The position numbers and the translations under genes were made by a program. Below the pieces are notes generated by a model, which saw only the letters and a list, made by a program, of their open reading frames with translations, did no database searches and was not told where the DNA came from. This document shows positions 38,752 to 47,895 of a stretch of 64,000 nucleotides of DNA, in pieces. The DNA comes from Escherichia phage AV126, in sequence record OR352956.1. One strand, written 5' to 3'. Position 1 is the stretch's first letter, and each line of letters begins with the position of its first letter.

Positions 38752-39348
38752 TTACCAAGGAATATCATCTTCTTCTTCCGATTTGGTATCTACTTGAGGC
38801 GGACGTGGAACATTAACCTCTTTAACAAAGCGAAGATATGGGAAACGCGTAGCGATTTTAATAACATGTTTGGCATCTTCTCTAACATCTTTGTGCAAGA
38901 AGCAGATCCCTGTTTCCAAAGTTGTTTCAAAATCTTTAGAGTAATAACAATCCTTTCCATCAAATGCAGCCTGGCAGATGGACAGATCAAACTCATTCAG
39001 AAAGGTTGTCATTACATTTGGGTCCATAATCATAAGGTTGCAAAGCTGACCATCACGTTCAAATTCAAAAACGTGTTTAAGACCAGTAACACCCTCGTAG
39101 TTATCCGAAGCCTCTTTGTTTCCTAGTTTACGAATATTAGTTCCCATCAAAGCAGATGCAATCAAGTCTTGTATTTGCTCTTCTGATCGATGTGCAGGAA
39201 GAGACGTGTAAAAATCCAGATCACGTCCAGCAATATCAAGAATACGCCAATCACGAACAGCACCGCCAGCCAAGACAGAATTAGGATCAGCGATCTTTAA
39301 TACGGTAAGAATTTCTTTGGCAATATTGATTTGTTTTGATTTAGTCAT
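38752..39348 (-). CDS. nucleotidyltransferase, CCA-adding/poly(A) polymerase head-domain-like, with SSB-tip-like C-terminus
   Basis: LAGGAVRDWRILDIAGRDLDFY matches the GG.VRD....D.D signature; only 198 aa; ends SEEEDDIPW. Confidence 0.5.
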   Translation of the reverse strand: MTKSKQINIAKEILTVLKIADPNSVLAGGAVRDWRILDIAGRDLDFYTSLPAHRSEEQIQDLIASALMGTNIRKLGNKEASDNYEGVTGLKHVFEFERDGQLCNLMIMDPNVMTTFLNEFDLSICQAAFDGKDCYYSKDFETTLETGICFLHKDVREDAKHVIKIATRFPYLRFVKEVNVPRPPQVDTKSEEEDDIPW

Positions 39349-39559
39349 TGATACGCTCCACAGTTACTTTAACAATATCGTCCATATTAATCTCATCTCC
39401 CAAGACTTCAATAACACCTTCCTCATAAAGTCGAGCACATTCTTCCCATACTTCTGCTTCCGTCATTCCACCTTCAATCTTATTTGCAAGACCTTTAATA
39501 ACATCTTCATTTTGTTCATCAATAAGAATTGAAACATTAAAGCTCACTAGTTTACGCAT
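39341..39559 (-). CDS. hypothetical protein
   Basis: 72 aa acidic ORF, tandem with neighbours. Confidence 0.45.
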   Translation of the reverse strand: MRKLVSFNVSILIDEQNEDVIKGLANKIEGGMTEAEVWEECARLYEEGVIEVLGDEINMDDIVKVTVERIND

Positions 39560-39569
39560 TGTTTTCTCC

Positions 39570-39737
39570 TTATACCTCTAAATGGAAAGTTTCTTTAGAT
39601 ACAAAATCGTATCCACCTTTTTCAAGCCAGTCATTGTAAACCTCATCGGCTTGAGACTCTATCATAAAATACCGAGTGGTAACTTCGTCTCCGACAATAC
39701 GCACAATTTTATAGCAAATCATGATACCATTTCCCAT
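39570..39737 (-). CDS. small hypothetical protein (55 aa)
   Basis: Below ORF-track cut-off; fills gap; MGNGIMICYKIVRIVGDEV... Confidence 0.35.
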   Translation of the reverse strand: MGNGIMICYKIVRIVGDEVTTRYFMIESQADEVYNDWLEKGGYDFVSKETFHLEV

Positions 39738-39928
39738 TAATCTTCCTCCAGATCAATTTCATTATAGCAATGTATGCAGTAGCCATCGTTGTGCATATGC
39801 TGTTCATAAGACATATCTTTACCACAAGACCAACAACGAATATCACCATCGTCCCATTCACGTTCTTCTTCGCCTTCAAATGCATCTGGTAGGTAAGGCA
39901 TACCAAGACAATGTAAATCGTAATGCAT
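39737..39928 (-). CDS. small zinc-ribbon protein
   Basis: 63 aa from ATG at 39928 (AGGAGGAG SD); CWSCG...CIHCY cysteine pairs; longer ORF-track start 40033 overlaps polymerase gene and is rejected. Confidence 0.5.
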   Translation of the reverse strand: MHYDLHCLGMPYLPDAFEGEEEREWDDGDIRCWSCGKDMSYEQHMHNDGYCIHCYNEIDLEED

Positions 39929-39941
39929 ATCTCCTCCTATA

Positions 39942-39959
39942 AAGGGGCAGAAGCCCCTT
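39942..39959 (-). other. RNA hairpin between polymerase and downstream gene
   Basis: AAGGGGC-ttct-GCCCCTT on - strand; followed by SD rather than U-tract. Confidence 0.3.
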
Positions 39960-39977
39960 ATAAAACAATATGTTAGA

Positions 39978-42900
39978 TCAATGACAGGATGCCCAGGAAT
40001 TACCCACGTCATATCCGGCAGTAAGCTGAACATTAAGATTGTAAAATTCTCCAGCCTTAGTAACAGCTAAAGCAGCAAGTTCACCTGCCCGACTATAGGC
40101 TGTAAACCATCCACCTTTGGGAGATTCATGAATGTTAGCCCAAATTTGCCCTGTCTCTTTTTCCTTATTATGCTTCCATTCTTCAACTTTAGCAAGGCAT
40201 TCTTTATCAATTTTCTTTTGTTCTTCAGGATCGTCTACTTTCTTCCAACCTAATGATTCAGGTGAAAACCATTTAAATTCTACAAGGCTACGAGAAACTT
40301 CAAGCTGGGCTTCATCGTGATATGCAATCATTTGTTGCACGAAGTCTTTATTCTTCCAGTCATCTTTAAAGAAGTCAACACTTAGCCCTTCTTCTTCGAT
40401 CATGTCGTCATAAATAACCATTGCACGTTTAGCACAGATAACCCCACCACTTTGGAACAGAGAGTTAAGAATCGCGTGAGCAGAACGAGTAGGAACCTTA
40501 CGACCGTCAATACCCAAAACATACTGTTTACCAGTCTTAACCCAGAAATCGTTTAAACGTTCTTTAAGACGCGCCAGTGGGAATGCAGCTTCCCAGAAAG
40601 CATCGAACACCAGTTGCCCTGTGTATTTATCGCTACCAATTGTTTTAGCAACCTTGTCTGCTTGAGCGCCGTACGTGCAGTTACCTGTCAACGTGATAAA
40701 ACCATTCTGACGCATAACAAAAGATTCATTCTTGGTTGAGATACAGAATACATCTGTTACTCGTGAAAAAGCTTTTGTCAACCTCTGTCCTGAAATAGTT
40801 TGTCCGTTATTGATTGCCAACGTTAACATGCCATCTTTTTGAACAGAACCATACGCAATATTACCTGTCATATTGATAGCCAAAGAAACAGCGTCGCTAA
40901 TCTTACCTTTCTTTTGACGGATAACAAGACTGCCGTTTGGACGCTTATGACCATCTGCCATCCAGAATGCCTCTAAGAATGCTTCCAACACAGCTTGACC
41001 TTGATTAGCAATTAATGTAGACCAGTCCACTTCGTGCTTATTTTGACCCACTTCAACGCCACATTTAGTCAAAAATTCCCTAAACTGACTCTTATTAGGA
41101 CGTAATGAATGCATCGTTCCAGATACATACTCGTCAAATGTGAAGATATCTCCCACAGCCTCACGTGCTTCTTCTAAGAATTTTTTCTCATCTTGATCTA
41201 CCGTGACTGTAATACCCATTACTTTATTTCTGGCTTTGCTAGACCACTTATAGTAGCCATCCGAAAGAAGCCAGCCTAAGAAACGACCTTCTTCCACTGT
41301 TAGAGTAGACACCACACCAGATCGCCCTGCTGCAATTATGTTTGACTCCGAGTTTAAATCCTCTGTAGATCTACGCTCCACTTGCATATACTTAACATTG
41401 TTACCATCTGATCGCATAGTTTTTCTCTGTGCGTTAATCCACATATGATCGTTAGTAACTTCTACTTTGAACCACTTGTTACCGAGAGAGACAACTTCTG
41501 CATCGTTATAGTCCCACAGCTTAAGAATAGGGGTATATTCGTAAAGAGCGGTGTGAGTATTATAAGATAAAACTTCATCCCCTACAAAAAGATCTTTACG
41601 TTTCTTCCAACCCGTTCTTGTTAACACTTCCGTATTATCTACAGGTACACAACCGTATTTAACGCTCTTAGCAGGACCACGTTCAAACTTACGTCCAATA
41701 ATATCAGTAATATGTTTTGCCATCATAGTATGCACATCGTTTGGTTTTTCTAACAGAAGTGCATTACAGTAAGCATGATCAGGATTATCATATCTCCACG
41801 TATAATGCGACTCAATCTTCGCCTCTAATGAATCAAAGTCATAACCAATCTGGAAGTATTTAGGAACCTCTACACCAAACAGGTTACGCATCTGCCATCC
41901 AAACAAAGAGGTAACACGAGGAATATTGGCTACAGACCTATGCTTCATACGAGAGGTTGCTGCATCGCATGTAGCCGCTGGCGTAGGTATACGTCCATCT
42001 GCACGAACTGCTGCCAAGAAACCTTTGTTGTATTCTTGATCTTCTTCGTCTTCTTCCCAATCAGCACCGCCACCTAAAATAGAGTTCCTACGATGCTTAT
42101 ACGTTAAGTATTCTACAATCTGTGTAGCATAAGGAAACTTCTCACCCAAAGCTTGCAGGTTAGGACAAATTTCTTTTTCCTGACCTTTGGTAAAACATGG
42201 GTTAGTCAATACTTTAAGACCGCGACCTTTACCTTTTGCTATACGCTCTTGAATCTTCCTTTCCAAGGTTTCCGGTGTGCACTCCAGATGATCACAACGG
42301 TCCTGACAAAAATTAGAAGATAGAGTTTGCTCAACGTAAGCTCGAATACCTTTCTGAAGTTCTTCCTCACTCTTTTTAATCTTGGTGCCAGATTTAAGAG
42401 TCAAATCTTTATCTTTATATTCCGATGGTACCCAACCTAATCCTACAAGCCAGTTTTTAATATGGGTTGTATCGTTTAATGTTGCAGGGATGTGAGGATC
42501 ACATAAAGGCTCATCTGCTGCAACTGGCAGTTTCCACTCTTTCCCCAACATAACTAACCACCAATCTCCATCCCTCTCTTCCAAATGACCATCATGTTTC
42601 TTAGCAAAATTGATCATATGGTTAGTTGGCTCTAAGTTCTTTTTAATTTGCAACTTAGGTGGAATAAAAGCCTTAAGATAGCCTTTTGTTGCTGGTTTAG
42701 GTGGCAAAATAGGCTCAACGAGTAAACGAAGACGCTCCATTTCTGCATCCAAAAAAGCAAGGTTCTCTTCTGCTTGCTTCATGTTAAAAGCAAACCCACG
42801 GTGTTCCTGGCGCGTGATAATGTCTGCTACACGTTGTTCAAGTTCAAATGGACCTTCCCATTTATCATAATCCCCCCATTCTTCCATGAGGTAATTATAT

Positions 42901-43547
42901 ACACTTGTGTTGGCTTTGTTATCATAGATACAGTAATAAAGCATATCCGCAGCAAAAGTCTTAAATCGATCTTCTTCTGGAATCTCTTTACGGAAATCTA
43001 TTTTTACATCCCCACCTGCCTTTCGAGAAAGTGCTGCCAAACTATGTCCTGATTTGCCCTCAATCTTTCGATCTGGGTTTAACACTTTACTCAAAATCAA
43101 GGAGTCAATAAGTTTTACCTTATTTTTGCCCCACGTATTATATTTAACACTGTAATCTAATCCATAAAACAGTTTTGTAGCCAACCAGTCGTAGTTGATA
43201 CCGTTGTGAGCCACAGCCATTTCAACCAGATATTCAGGCTTGTCTTTAAAATAACCTTCATGATTAATAAAGTCTGGGAAATCTTTTAGTTGAAAATGCG
43301 TGTAATCTTGCGCCACATACTCTTTAAGAACATATGTGTATTTACCATCTGACTCTTCATAAGGACGCCCATCAAAGATGTATTTAGGGCCATCGTGGAA
43401 AGCTACTATTTCTCCTGTTTCATGGTTCTCTAAGACAATACAGTGCATTTGAAATGTGTCTTTGAGACGATAAGGACTAGCTAAATAATCAATAGTGTCA
43501 TTATTCAACAATCCGTTTGCTTCAATATCCCATGTAAACTTACTCAC
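39978..43547 (-). CDS. family A DNA polymerase with 3'-5' exonuclease domain, interrupted by an intein
   Basis: 1189 aa; exo motif WDIEANGL; motif A-like DFDSLEAK; motif B split (RGPAKSVKYG / CTYGAQADKVA) by 324 aa insert. Confidence 0.85.
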   Translation of the reverse strand: MSKFTWDIEANGLLNNDTIDYLASPYRLKDTFQMHCIVLENHETGEIVAFHDGPKYIFDGRPYEESDGKYTYVLKEYVAQDYTHFQLKDFPDFINHEGYFKDKPEYLVEMAVAHNGINYDWLATKLFYGLDYSVKYNTWGKNKVKLIDSLILSKVLNPDRKIEGKSGHSLAALSRKAGGDVKIDFRKEIPEEDRFKTFAADMLYYCIYDNKANTSVYNYLMEEWGDYDKWEGPFELEQRVADIITRQEHRGFAFNMKQAEENLAFLDAEMERLRLLVEPILPPKPATKGYLKAFIPPKLQIKKNLEPTNHMINFAKKHDGHLEERDGDWWLVMLGKEWKLPVAADEPLCDPHIPATLNDTTHIKNWLVGLGWVPSEYKDKDLTLKSGTKIKKSEEELQKGIRAYVEQTLSSNFCQDRCDHLECTPETLERKIQERIAKGKGRGLKVLTNPCFTKGQEKEICPNLQALGEKFPYATQIVEYLTYKHRRNSILGGGADWEEDEEDQEYNKGFLAAVRADGRIPTPAATCDAATSRMKHRSVANIPRVTSLFGWQMRNLFGVEVPKYFQIGYDFDSLEAKIESHYTWRYDNPDHAYCNALLLEKPNDVHTMMAKHITDIIGRKFERGPAKSVKYGCVPVDNTEVLTRTGWKKRKDLFVGDEVLSYNTHTALYEYTPILKLWDYNDAEVVSLGNKWFKVEVTNDHMWINAQRKTMRSDGNNVKYMQVERRSTEDLNSESNIIAAGRSGVVSTLTVEEGRFLGWLLSDGYYKWSSKARNKVMGITVTVDQDEKKFLEEAREAVGDIFTFDEYVSGTMHSLRPNKSQFREFLTKCGVEVGQNKHEVDWSTLIANQGQAVLEAFLEAFWMADGHKRPNGSLVIRQKKGKISDAVSLAINMTGNIAYGSVQKDGMLTLAINNGQTISGQRLTKAFSRVTDVFCISTKNESFVMRQNGFITLTGNCTYGAQADKVAKTIGSDKYTGQLVFDAFWEAAFPLARLKERLNDFWVKTGKQYVLGIDGRKVPTRSAHAILNSLFQSGGVICAKRAMVIYDDMIEEEGLSVDFFKDDWKNKDFVQQMIAYHDEAQLEVSRSLVEFKWFSPESLGWKKVDDPEEQKKIDKECLAKVEEWKHNKEKETGQIWANIHESPKGGWFTAYSRAGELAALAVTKAGEFYNLNVQLTAGYDVGNSWASCH
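40680..41651 (-). mobile_element. intein with double-LAGLIDADG-type homing endonuclease in polymerase motif B
   Basis: Insert begins CVPVDNTEVLTRTGW, has TNDHMWI block B-like motif and FLGWLLSDGYY / FLEAFWMADGHK, ends FITLTGN before Cys +1; in frame, 972 nt. Confidence 0.7.
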
Positions 43548-44341
43548 TATTCCTCCTTTCTAATGTTCTCCAGAACCCACTGAAGTTCTTTTAAACTTAA
43601 ACTTCTTACTCCCGCAGTTTTACTAGCTTCAGTTTTAAGTAACGGGTAAGCCTCAATGATACGTGTTTTAAGATCAGAAGTCAAGGCTTTTAAAAAATAG
43701 GTAGATGCTTCAGATAAAGAATCTTCTTCTGTTAGCACTTTACCTGCGCTTGCTCCGGCTCTCCTAACGGCTATGTCGTAGTCTTTGCTGTTACCTAATA
43801 CGAACAGTCGATTCTCTCCTAAAACAACGGGAGAACGCTTCTGGCTGCGTTTAATCCATATCTGGAATACACAAGGAACATCCCAAGGTTCTCCATGAAG
43901 AATAAAAGATCCTTTGGGACACTCTTCTTCGTGAAGAAGATGCATATAAGGATTTAGTTTGTGTGCAAAAAAGATTTTTTGAAATGTGCGAGGCAAGATA
44001 AAACAAATACCACCTTCGTTATCCAACATTTCAGCACAATGGTTAAAGAACTTAATGGCAAGACTAGCATTTTTTCCAAATGGAGGATTACCGACAAAAG
44101 CAGTTACACTACCAACAGACTCAACAGATTGAGCTAAAAAATCTGCCTCAATACAATCTTCAAACTTAGGGTCAATATCAAAAGAAGTTATGTTTTTAAA
44201 ACAAGAAGAGAAAGCTCCTTCTCCCGCAGATGGTTCTACGTAGTTAGCTTCCTCTCCAAAAATTTCTTTGATCTTATCACATAAGAACCCCGCATAAGCG
44301 GGGTTAGTGTAATATTGATCAAGTGTGTTCAACTTGCTCAA
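43547..44341 (-). CDS. N6-adenine DNA methyltransferase (gamma-class motif order)
   Basis: 264 aa; SAM motif VEPSAGEGAF then catalytic NPPF (FVGNPPFGK); no adjacent restriction endonuclease. Confidence 0.75.
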   Translation of the reverse strand: MSKLNTLDQYYTNPAYAGFLCDKIKEIFGEEANYVEPSAGEGAFSSCFKNITSFDIDPKFEDCIEADFLAQSVESVGSVTAFVGNPPFGKNASLAIKFFNHCAEMLDNEGGICFILPRTFQKIFFAHKLNPYMHLLHEEECPKGSFILHGEPWDVPCVFQIWIKRSQKRSPVVLGENRLFVLGNSKDYDIAVRRAGASAGKVLTEEDSLSEASTYFLKALTSDLKTRIIEAYPLLKTEASKTAGVRSLSLKELQWVLENIRKEE

Positions 44342-44350
44342 TAGTCCTCC

Positions 44351-44782
44351 TTAGTTGTTAGCGAACTCAATAGTGAGGTCAACTTTACCATCATCAGAAA
44401 TAACCATGTTTTTGGTATTTTTAAAGATGATATCTACTTTACCTTCGCTTACACGACAGAATGCAACACCATCTGCAACTTTATCAATATAATATTTGTA
44501 AGAAAGAATACCCACTTTACTACGACCAGCACCTTTTGTGAAAGAAGGGCTTACATCGAAACGGAAACCTTTAGAAGAAACAACACGGTAAGAACGTCCA
44601 GTTGGGATATGTTCAATAACAGAGACATTGTTCTCAACAACTTTTACAGCAAACTCTTCAGGATGATCCTCAACAATCATGTGTGGGATGGCAAATGCCA
44701 ACGCTTGTTTGTGTTTAATAACACCAGCACCCAGAGCACCAGCAGCTTTAACTTTTGCATTCAGATCGATTGTCATACGCAT
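44351..44782 (-). CDS. hypothetical protein
   Basis: 143 aa; AGAGGAG SD; own promoter. Confidence 0.5.
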   Translation of the reverse strand: MRMTIDLNAKVKAAGALGAGVIKHKQALAFAIPHMIVEDHPEEFAVKVVENNVSVIEHIPTGRSYRVVSSKGFRFDVSPSFTKGAGRSKVGILSYKYYIDKVADGVAFCRVSEGKVDIIFKNTKNMVISDDGKVDLTIEFANN

Positions 44783-44815
44783 TTTTACTTCTCCTCTTGT
44801 TTGGTTGATGAGACA

Positions 44816-44844
44816 AGTATAAGTCCCTTCCGTAAAGTTGTCAA
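44816..44844 (-). promoter_or_regulatory. sigma70-like promoter (- strand), TTGACA-N17-TATACT
   Basis: -35 at 44844-44839, -10 at 44821-44816 (- strand); downstream of terminator. Confidence 0.5.
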
Positions 44845-44847
44845 CAG

Positions 44848-44876
44848 GTATTTTTAATAAAAGGGCCGAAGCCCTT
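44848..44876 (-). terminator. intrinsic terminator after primase-helicase gene
   Basis: On - strand AAGGGC-UUCG-GCCCUU followed by UUAUUAAAAAU; overlaps stop codon. Confidence 0.6.
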
Positions 44877-46653
44877 AATAGTTGCTATCCGTAGGCAAAT
44901 TAGCAGGATTGTTGAAATACTGCTCTTTGTCATGCAGAGTTGCAGTTCTAATGTCATAGTAAAACTGCCCTGCCGGACCAGTTTCCGAGAACTCACGGTT
45001 TTTTAGGATAAAGCAATGAGTCGTATTGCGTTCTACAGGGTCTTCAGCGGCTTTATCTCGTTCCAAAGCCAAGGTAATACCAGCACCTTTAGCCAAGAAA
45101 CTACTACCCATTGCATCGTCCTCTGTTAAGTGTTCATTGCCACCATTAGCCGACTTCTTAACGTGTGAGATGACGATAATGGTTATAGCATACTCTTTCA
45201 TGATGCGCTTCAACCATGTTGCTAACTCTTCCTGGGCTTGAACATCCATACCAGAAAGCAAATCAGAATAAGGGTCGATAACAAGAATTGTTACTCCAAA
45301 ATAGATGATCATCTCCAAAACTTTTTCTTTGATAGACTCCACATCTGCTCCACGATCATCACACACATAAAAACGTGGTGATCCATCTTCTCTTTCGTAA
45401 AAATCTAGGATTTTTTCTTTATTCTCTTCCAAGATTTGAAATTTCTCTTCCGGTGTTTTCCTGTGTAGAGGAATATGCAGGAACGAGGACAACAGGTTAC
45501 GAGAATATTTCTTATAAGTTGCTTCCAAGGACAGAATACCTAGGGTATGTTCTGGGTGCGCAACAATAATATGTTTGGTGATCTCGTTCACCATCAAAGT
45601 TTTACCGATACTGGTCTTTGCCAGGATAACTGTAATCTCTTCCTCTACTAAACCACCACCCAGCATATTTGCAGCAACACGCATAAAAGGAGGCAAGGTA
45701 ATCATCTTGGATTCCAAGCATTCTAATGCAGCTTCATACAAGACATTAGAAGCATAAACACCTGCTGGGGTGTATAGACGAGCACTCCAAAAAGCTTTTA
45801 CGAAATCTTTTGCACGACCTTCTTCCAGATACTGATTGGCATCCTTAAGATCCATCTGCATACGGTAGACTTTGTTACGAGGCAGCACCTTAACAATATT
45901 TTCAAATGCCTCGTTACCTGCTTTGTCGTTATCCATGCAAACAATAATCTTCTTAAATTTTTCAAAGAAAGGATATTGTGCCTGAACTTGTTTATACATA
46001 CTGGTTTCACCAGTTGTGCCACTTACTACGGCTGGAAGCTCATATTTACTGTCCAAGTTTTCAGATAGCATTTGATAAGCTGCCAGAGCATCGTGTTCAC
46101 CACCTGTAATTACAACAGTATGAGAACGATCTGCAAAACGAATTTGTCCAAAAAGATCTACATCTTTACCTACTTGACCAATAGGTTTACTGAAATCTTT
46201 AGGATGAATACGACGCTTAAAACCAACCAATTCTTTACCGATGGTAGTTGGATATAAACAACTTTCTACTACCATCTGATCTCCTTCCTGACGGTATTCA
46301 TAACGAACACCATAGAAAGATGAAACTTTTTCTTTAATGCCTCGATAACCACGTGGGTTGGTTGATGTTTCTTGAACAATTTTACGATGAATCTGTTTAT
46401 TAAATTCCGAACCCACAATCTCCTCCTCTTCTTCTAAAACTTCACCATTTTCTCGTAACCATTCTACGCTAGGAATAGTGTATTCACACGCAAAGCACTT
46501 AGCACCTTTATGCTCTCCATTAGAATCTAATCCATAAACCATCAGGTTATTACGAGAGCGATCCTTGCCATTTTTCATGCAGCGCGGACAACCTGTATGT
46601 CCTTCCTTGCTAAGATCAACATCAAATCCATATTTAGTTATAATGTGCGACAC
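44875..46653 (-). CDS. bifunctional DNA primase-helicase (T7 gp4-like)
   Basis: 592 aa; N-terminal Zn-binding (CPRC...CFAC), TOPRIM acidic cluster (CMDNDKAG), C-terminal P-loop (AKTSIGKT) and Walker-B-like (ILVIDPYSD). Confidence 0.8.
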   Translation of the reverse strand: MSHIITKYGFDVDLSKEGHTGCPRCMKNGKDRSRNNLMVYGLDSNGEHKGAKCFACEYTIPSVEWLRENGEVLEEEEEIVGSEFNKQIHRKIVQETSTNPRGYRGIKEKVSSFYGVRYEYRQEGDQMVVESCLYPTTIGKELVGFKRRIHPKDFSKPIGQVGKDVDLFGQIRFADRSHTVVITGGEHDALAAYQMLSENLDSKYELPAVVSGTTGETSMYKQVQAQYPFFEKFKKIIVCMDNDKAGNEAFENIVKVLPRNKVYRMQMDLKDANQYLEEGRAKDFVKAFWSARLYTPAGVYASNVLYEAALECLESKMITLPPFMRVAANMLGGGLVEEEITVILAKTSIGKTLMVNEITKHIIVAHPEHTLGILSLEATYKKYSRNLLSSFLHIPLHRKTPEEKFQILEENKEKILDFYEREDGSPRFYVCDDRGADVESIKEKVLEMIIYFGVTILVIDPYSDLLSGMDVQAQEELATWLKRIMKEYAITIIVISHVKKSANGGNEHLTEDDAMGSSFLAKGAGITLALERDKAAEDPVERNTTHCFILKNREFSETGPAGQFYYDIRTATLHDKEQYFNNPANLPTDSNY

Positions 46654-46665
46654 TTTGTTCTCCTG

Positions 46666-46944
46666 TTAAAATGGTTCGTTAGTCTCCATCATATATTCTG
46701 CTTCTAGTTCTTCCATGTGCTTTCTAAATTGGAAAGCAATTTCTGCTACAGTTACATTTAAATCTTTTTCAAAAACTTCTGTAGATCCTTCATAAAAACG
46801 AATACCGTCAATTAAAAGCCCTCCGTGGTAATCCCAATCGCTTTCACGAGAAAGTGGATTAGGTTCTTCATAATAGTAATCCACCTCCACGACCAAGGCT
46901 TTCCCGTTACGAGCGGTGTATTCAAAATCAAAAGTGTTAATCAT
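46666..46944 (-). CDS. hypothetical acidic protein
   Basis: 92 aa, Glu/Asp/Tyr-rich. Confidence 0.45.
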   Translation of the reverse strand: MINTFDFEYTARNGKALVVEVDYYYEEPNPLSRESDWDYHGGLLIDGIRFYEGSTEVFEKDLNVTVAEIAFQFRKHMEELEAEYMMETNEPF

Positions 46945-47888
46945 TATAACTCCTCAAATAAAAGCCTACGACGCTCATTCAACACATCAATGTGATAATG
47001 AGTCCTGACATACTTAGCTAATGCTAATCCTTTCTCCATGCAAACATCGGGAGCACTTAATAAGTATTCCGTAATATCTTTCCACTCGGAAGGTGTTTCA
47101 GCAAAGAATAACAAATCTTTAAACTCTTGTGTATGATAATTCTCACGAGGAGAGCAGATTAAAGGTAAACCCTTAGCACCTGCCTCAAGAATTTTAAGAT
47201 TGCTTTTTGCATTATTAAACACGTTATCGATCAATGGTGCAAGACTGATTTGATGACCATCGTAAGATTCCATGTAGTTGGCATATGGTCTTACACCTTC
47301 ATAAACACAAGTTGGTGCTACATTTTCCCTGATTAAAGACCATTCACGACTACTTAAAACTTCAGAATCCCTACGAAAACCACATATTGTAAGATCTTTA
47401 CCAAAATCGGGCAAGATAGCCAAATCTTGTTTATGTGTTTCACTTCCAGCCCAGACTAATGGAGTTTTGGAGTAGCGATCACGGGTCAACACAAATTGAC
47501 CTTCATCGTAAGGAAGTCCATTAGGGATTATGTGCACATTATCATTGTATTGTGAAAGTTCAACTTGCAAGGCAGGTGTCGTAGTTGTAACAAGATCACT
47601 GTGCTCTAAAAACCATTTTAAATGTTCACGAATACCTGATTCAAAAATACCTTCTAACATGTGTCCTTTTGGAATAACTAAAGAGTCATCCAAATCCATA
47701 ACCATTTTAAAGCCTAGGTTTTTAAGGGCTAAAAAGCCCTCTTTACCTTTTGTTGGCACTCCGTTAAAAACGAAAACGTTGTGTTTAGGTTGTGAAGAGA
47801 ACTGCCTTGAGTAAGGCAGCACTACCCTATGGAAATCGCAGACACTATAATTGATTCCGTTACGATTGTCAAGAATTATTTGTCCCAT
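46944..47888 (-). CDS. glycosyltransferase, GT-B fold (paralog 1)
   Basis: 314 aa; C-terminal SNLKILEAGAKGLPLICS resembles GT1/GT4 motif; paralog of 47896-48843. Confidence 0.55.
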   Translation of the reverse strand: MGQIILDNRNGINYSVCDFHRVVLPYSRQFSSQPKHNVFVFNGVPTKGKEGFLALKNLGFKMVMDLDDSLVIPKGHMLEGIFESGIREHLKWFLEHSDLVTTTTPALQVELSQYNDNVHIIPNGLPYDEGQFVLTRDRYSKTPLVWAGSETHKQDLAILPDFGKDLTICGFRRDSEVLSSREWSLIRENVAPTCVYEGVRPYANYMESYDGHQISLAPLIDNVFNNAKSNLKILEAGAKGLPLICSPRENYHTQEFKDLLFFAETPSEWKDITEYLLSAPDVCMEKGLALAKYVRTHYHIDVLNERRRLLFEEL

Positions 47889-47895
47889 ACTTCAC

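Noticed and set aside
39929-40033. N-terminal extension of the small zinc-ribbon ORF overlapping the polymerase 3' end
   Set aside because: Extension overlaps the polymerase gene and terminator hairpin; the internal ATG at 39928 has an AGGAGGAG SD.
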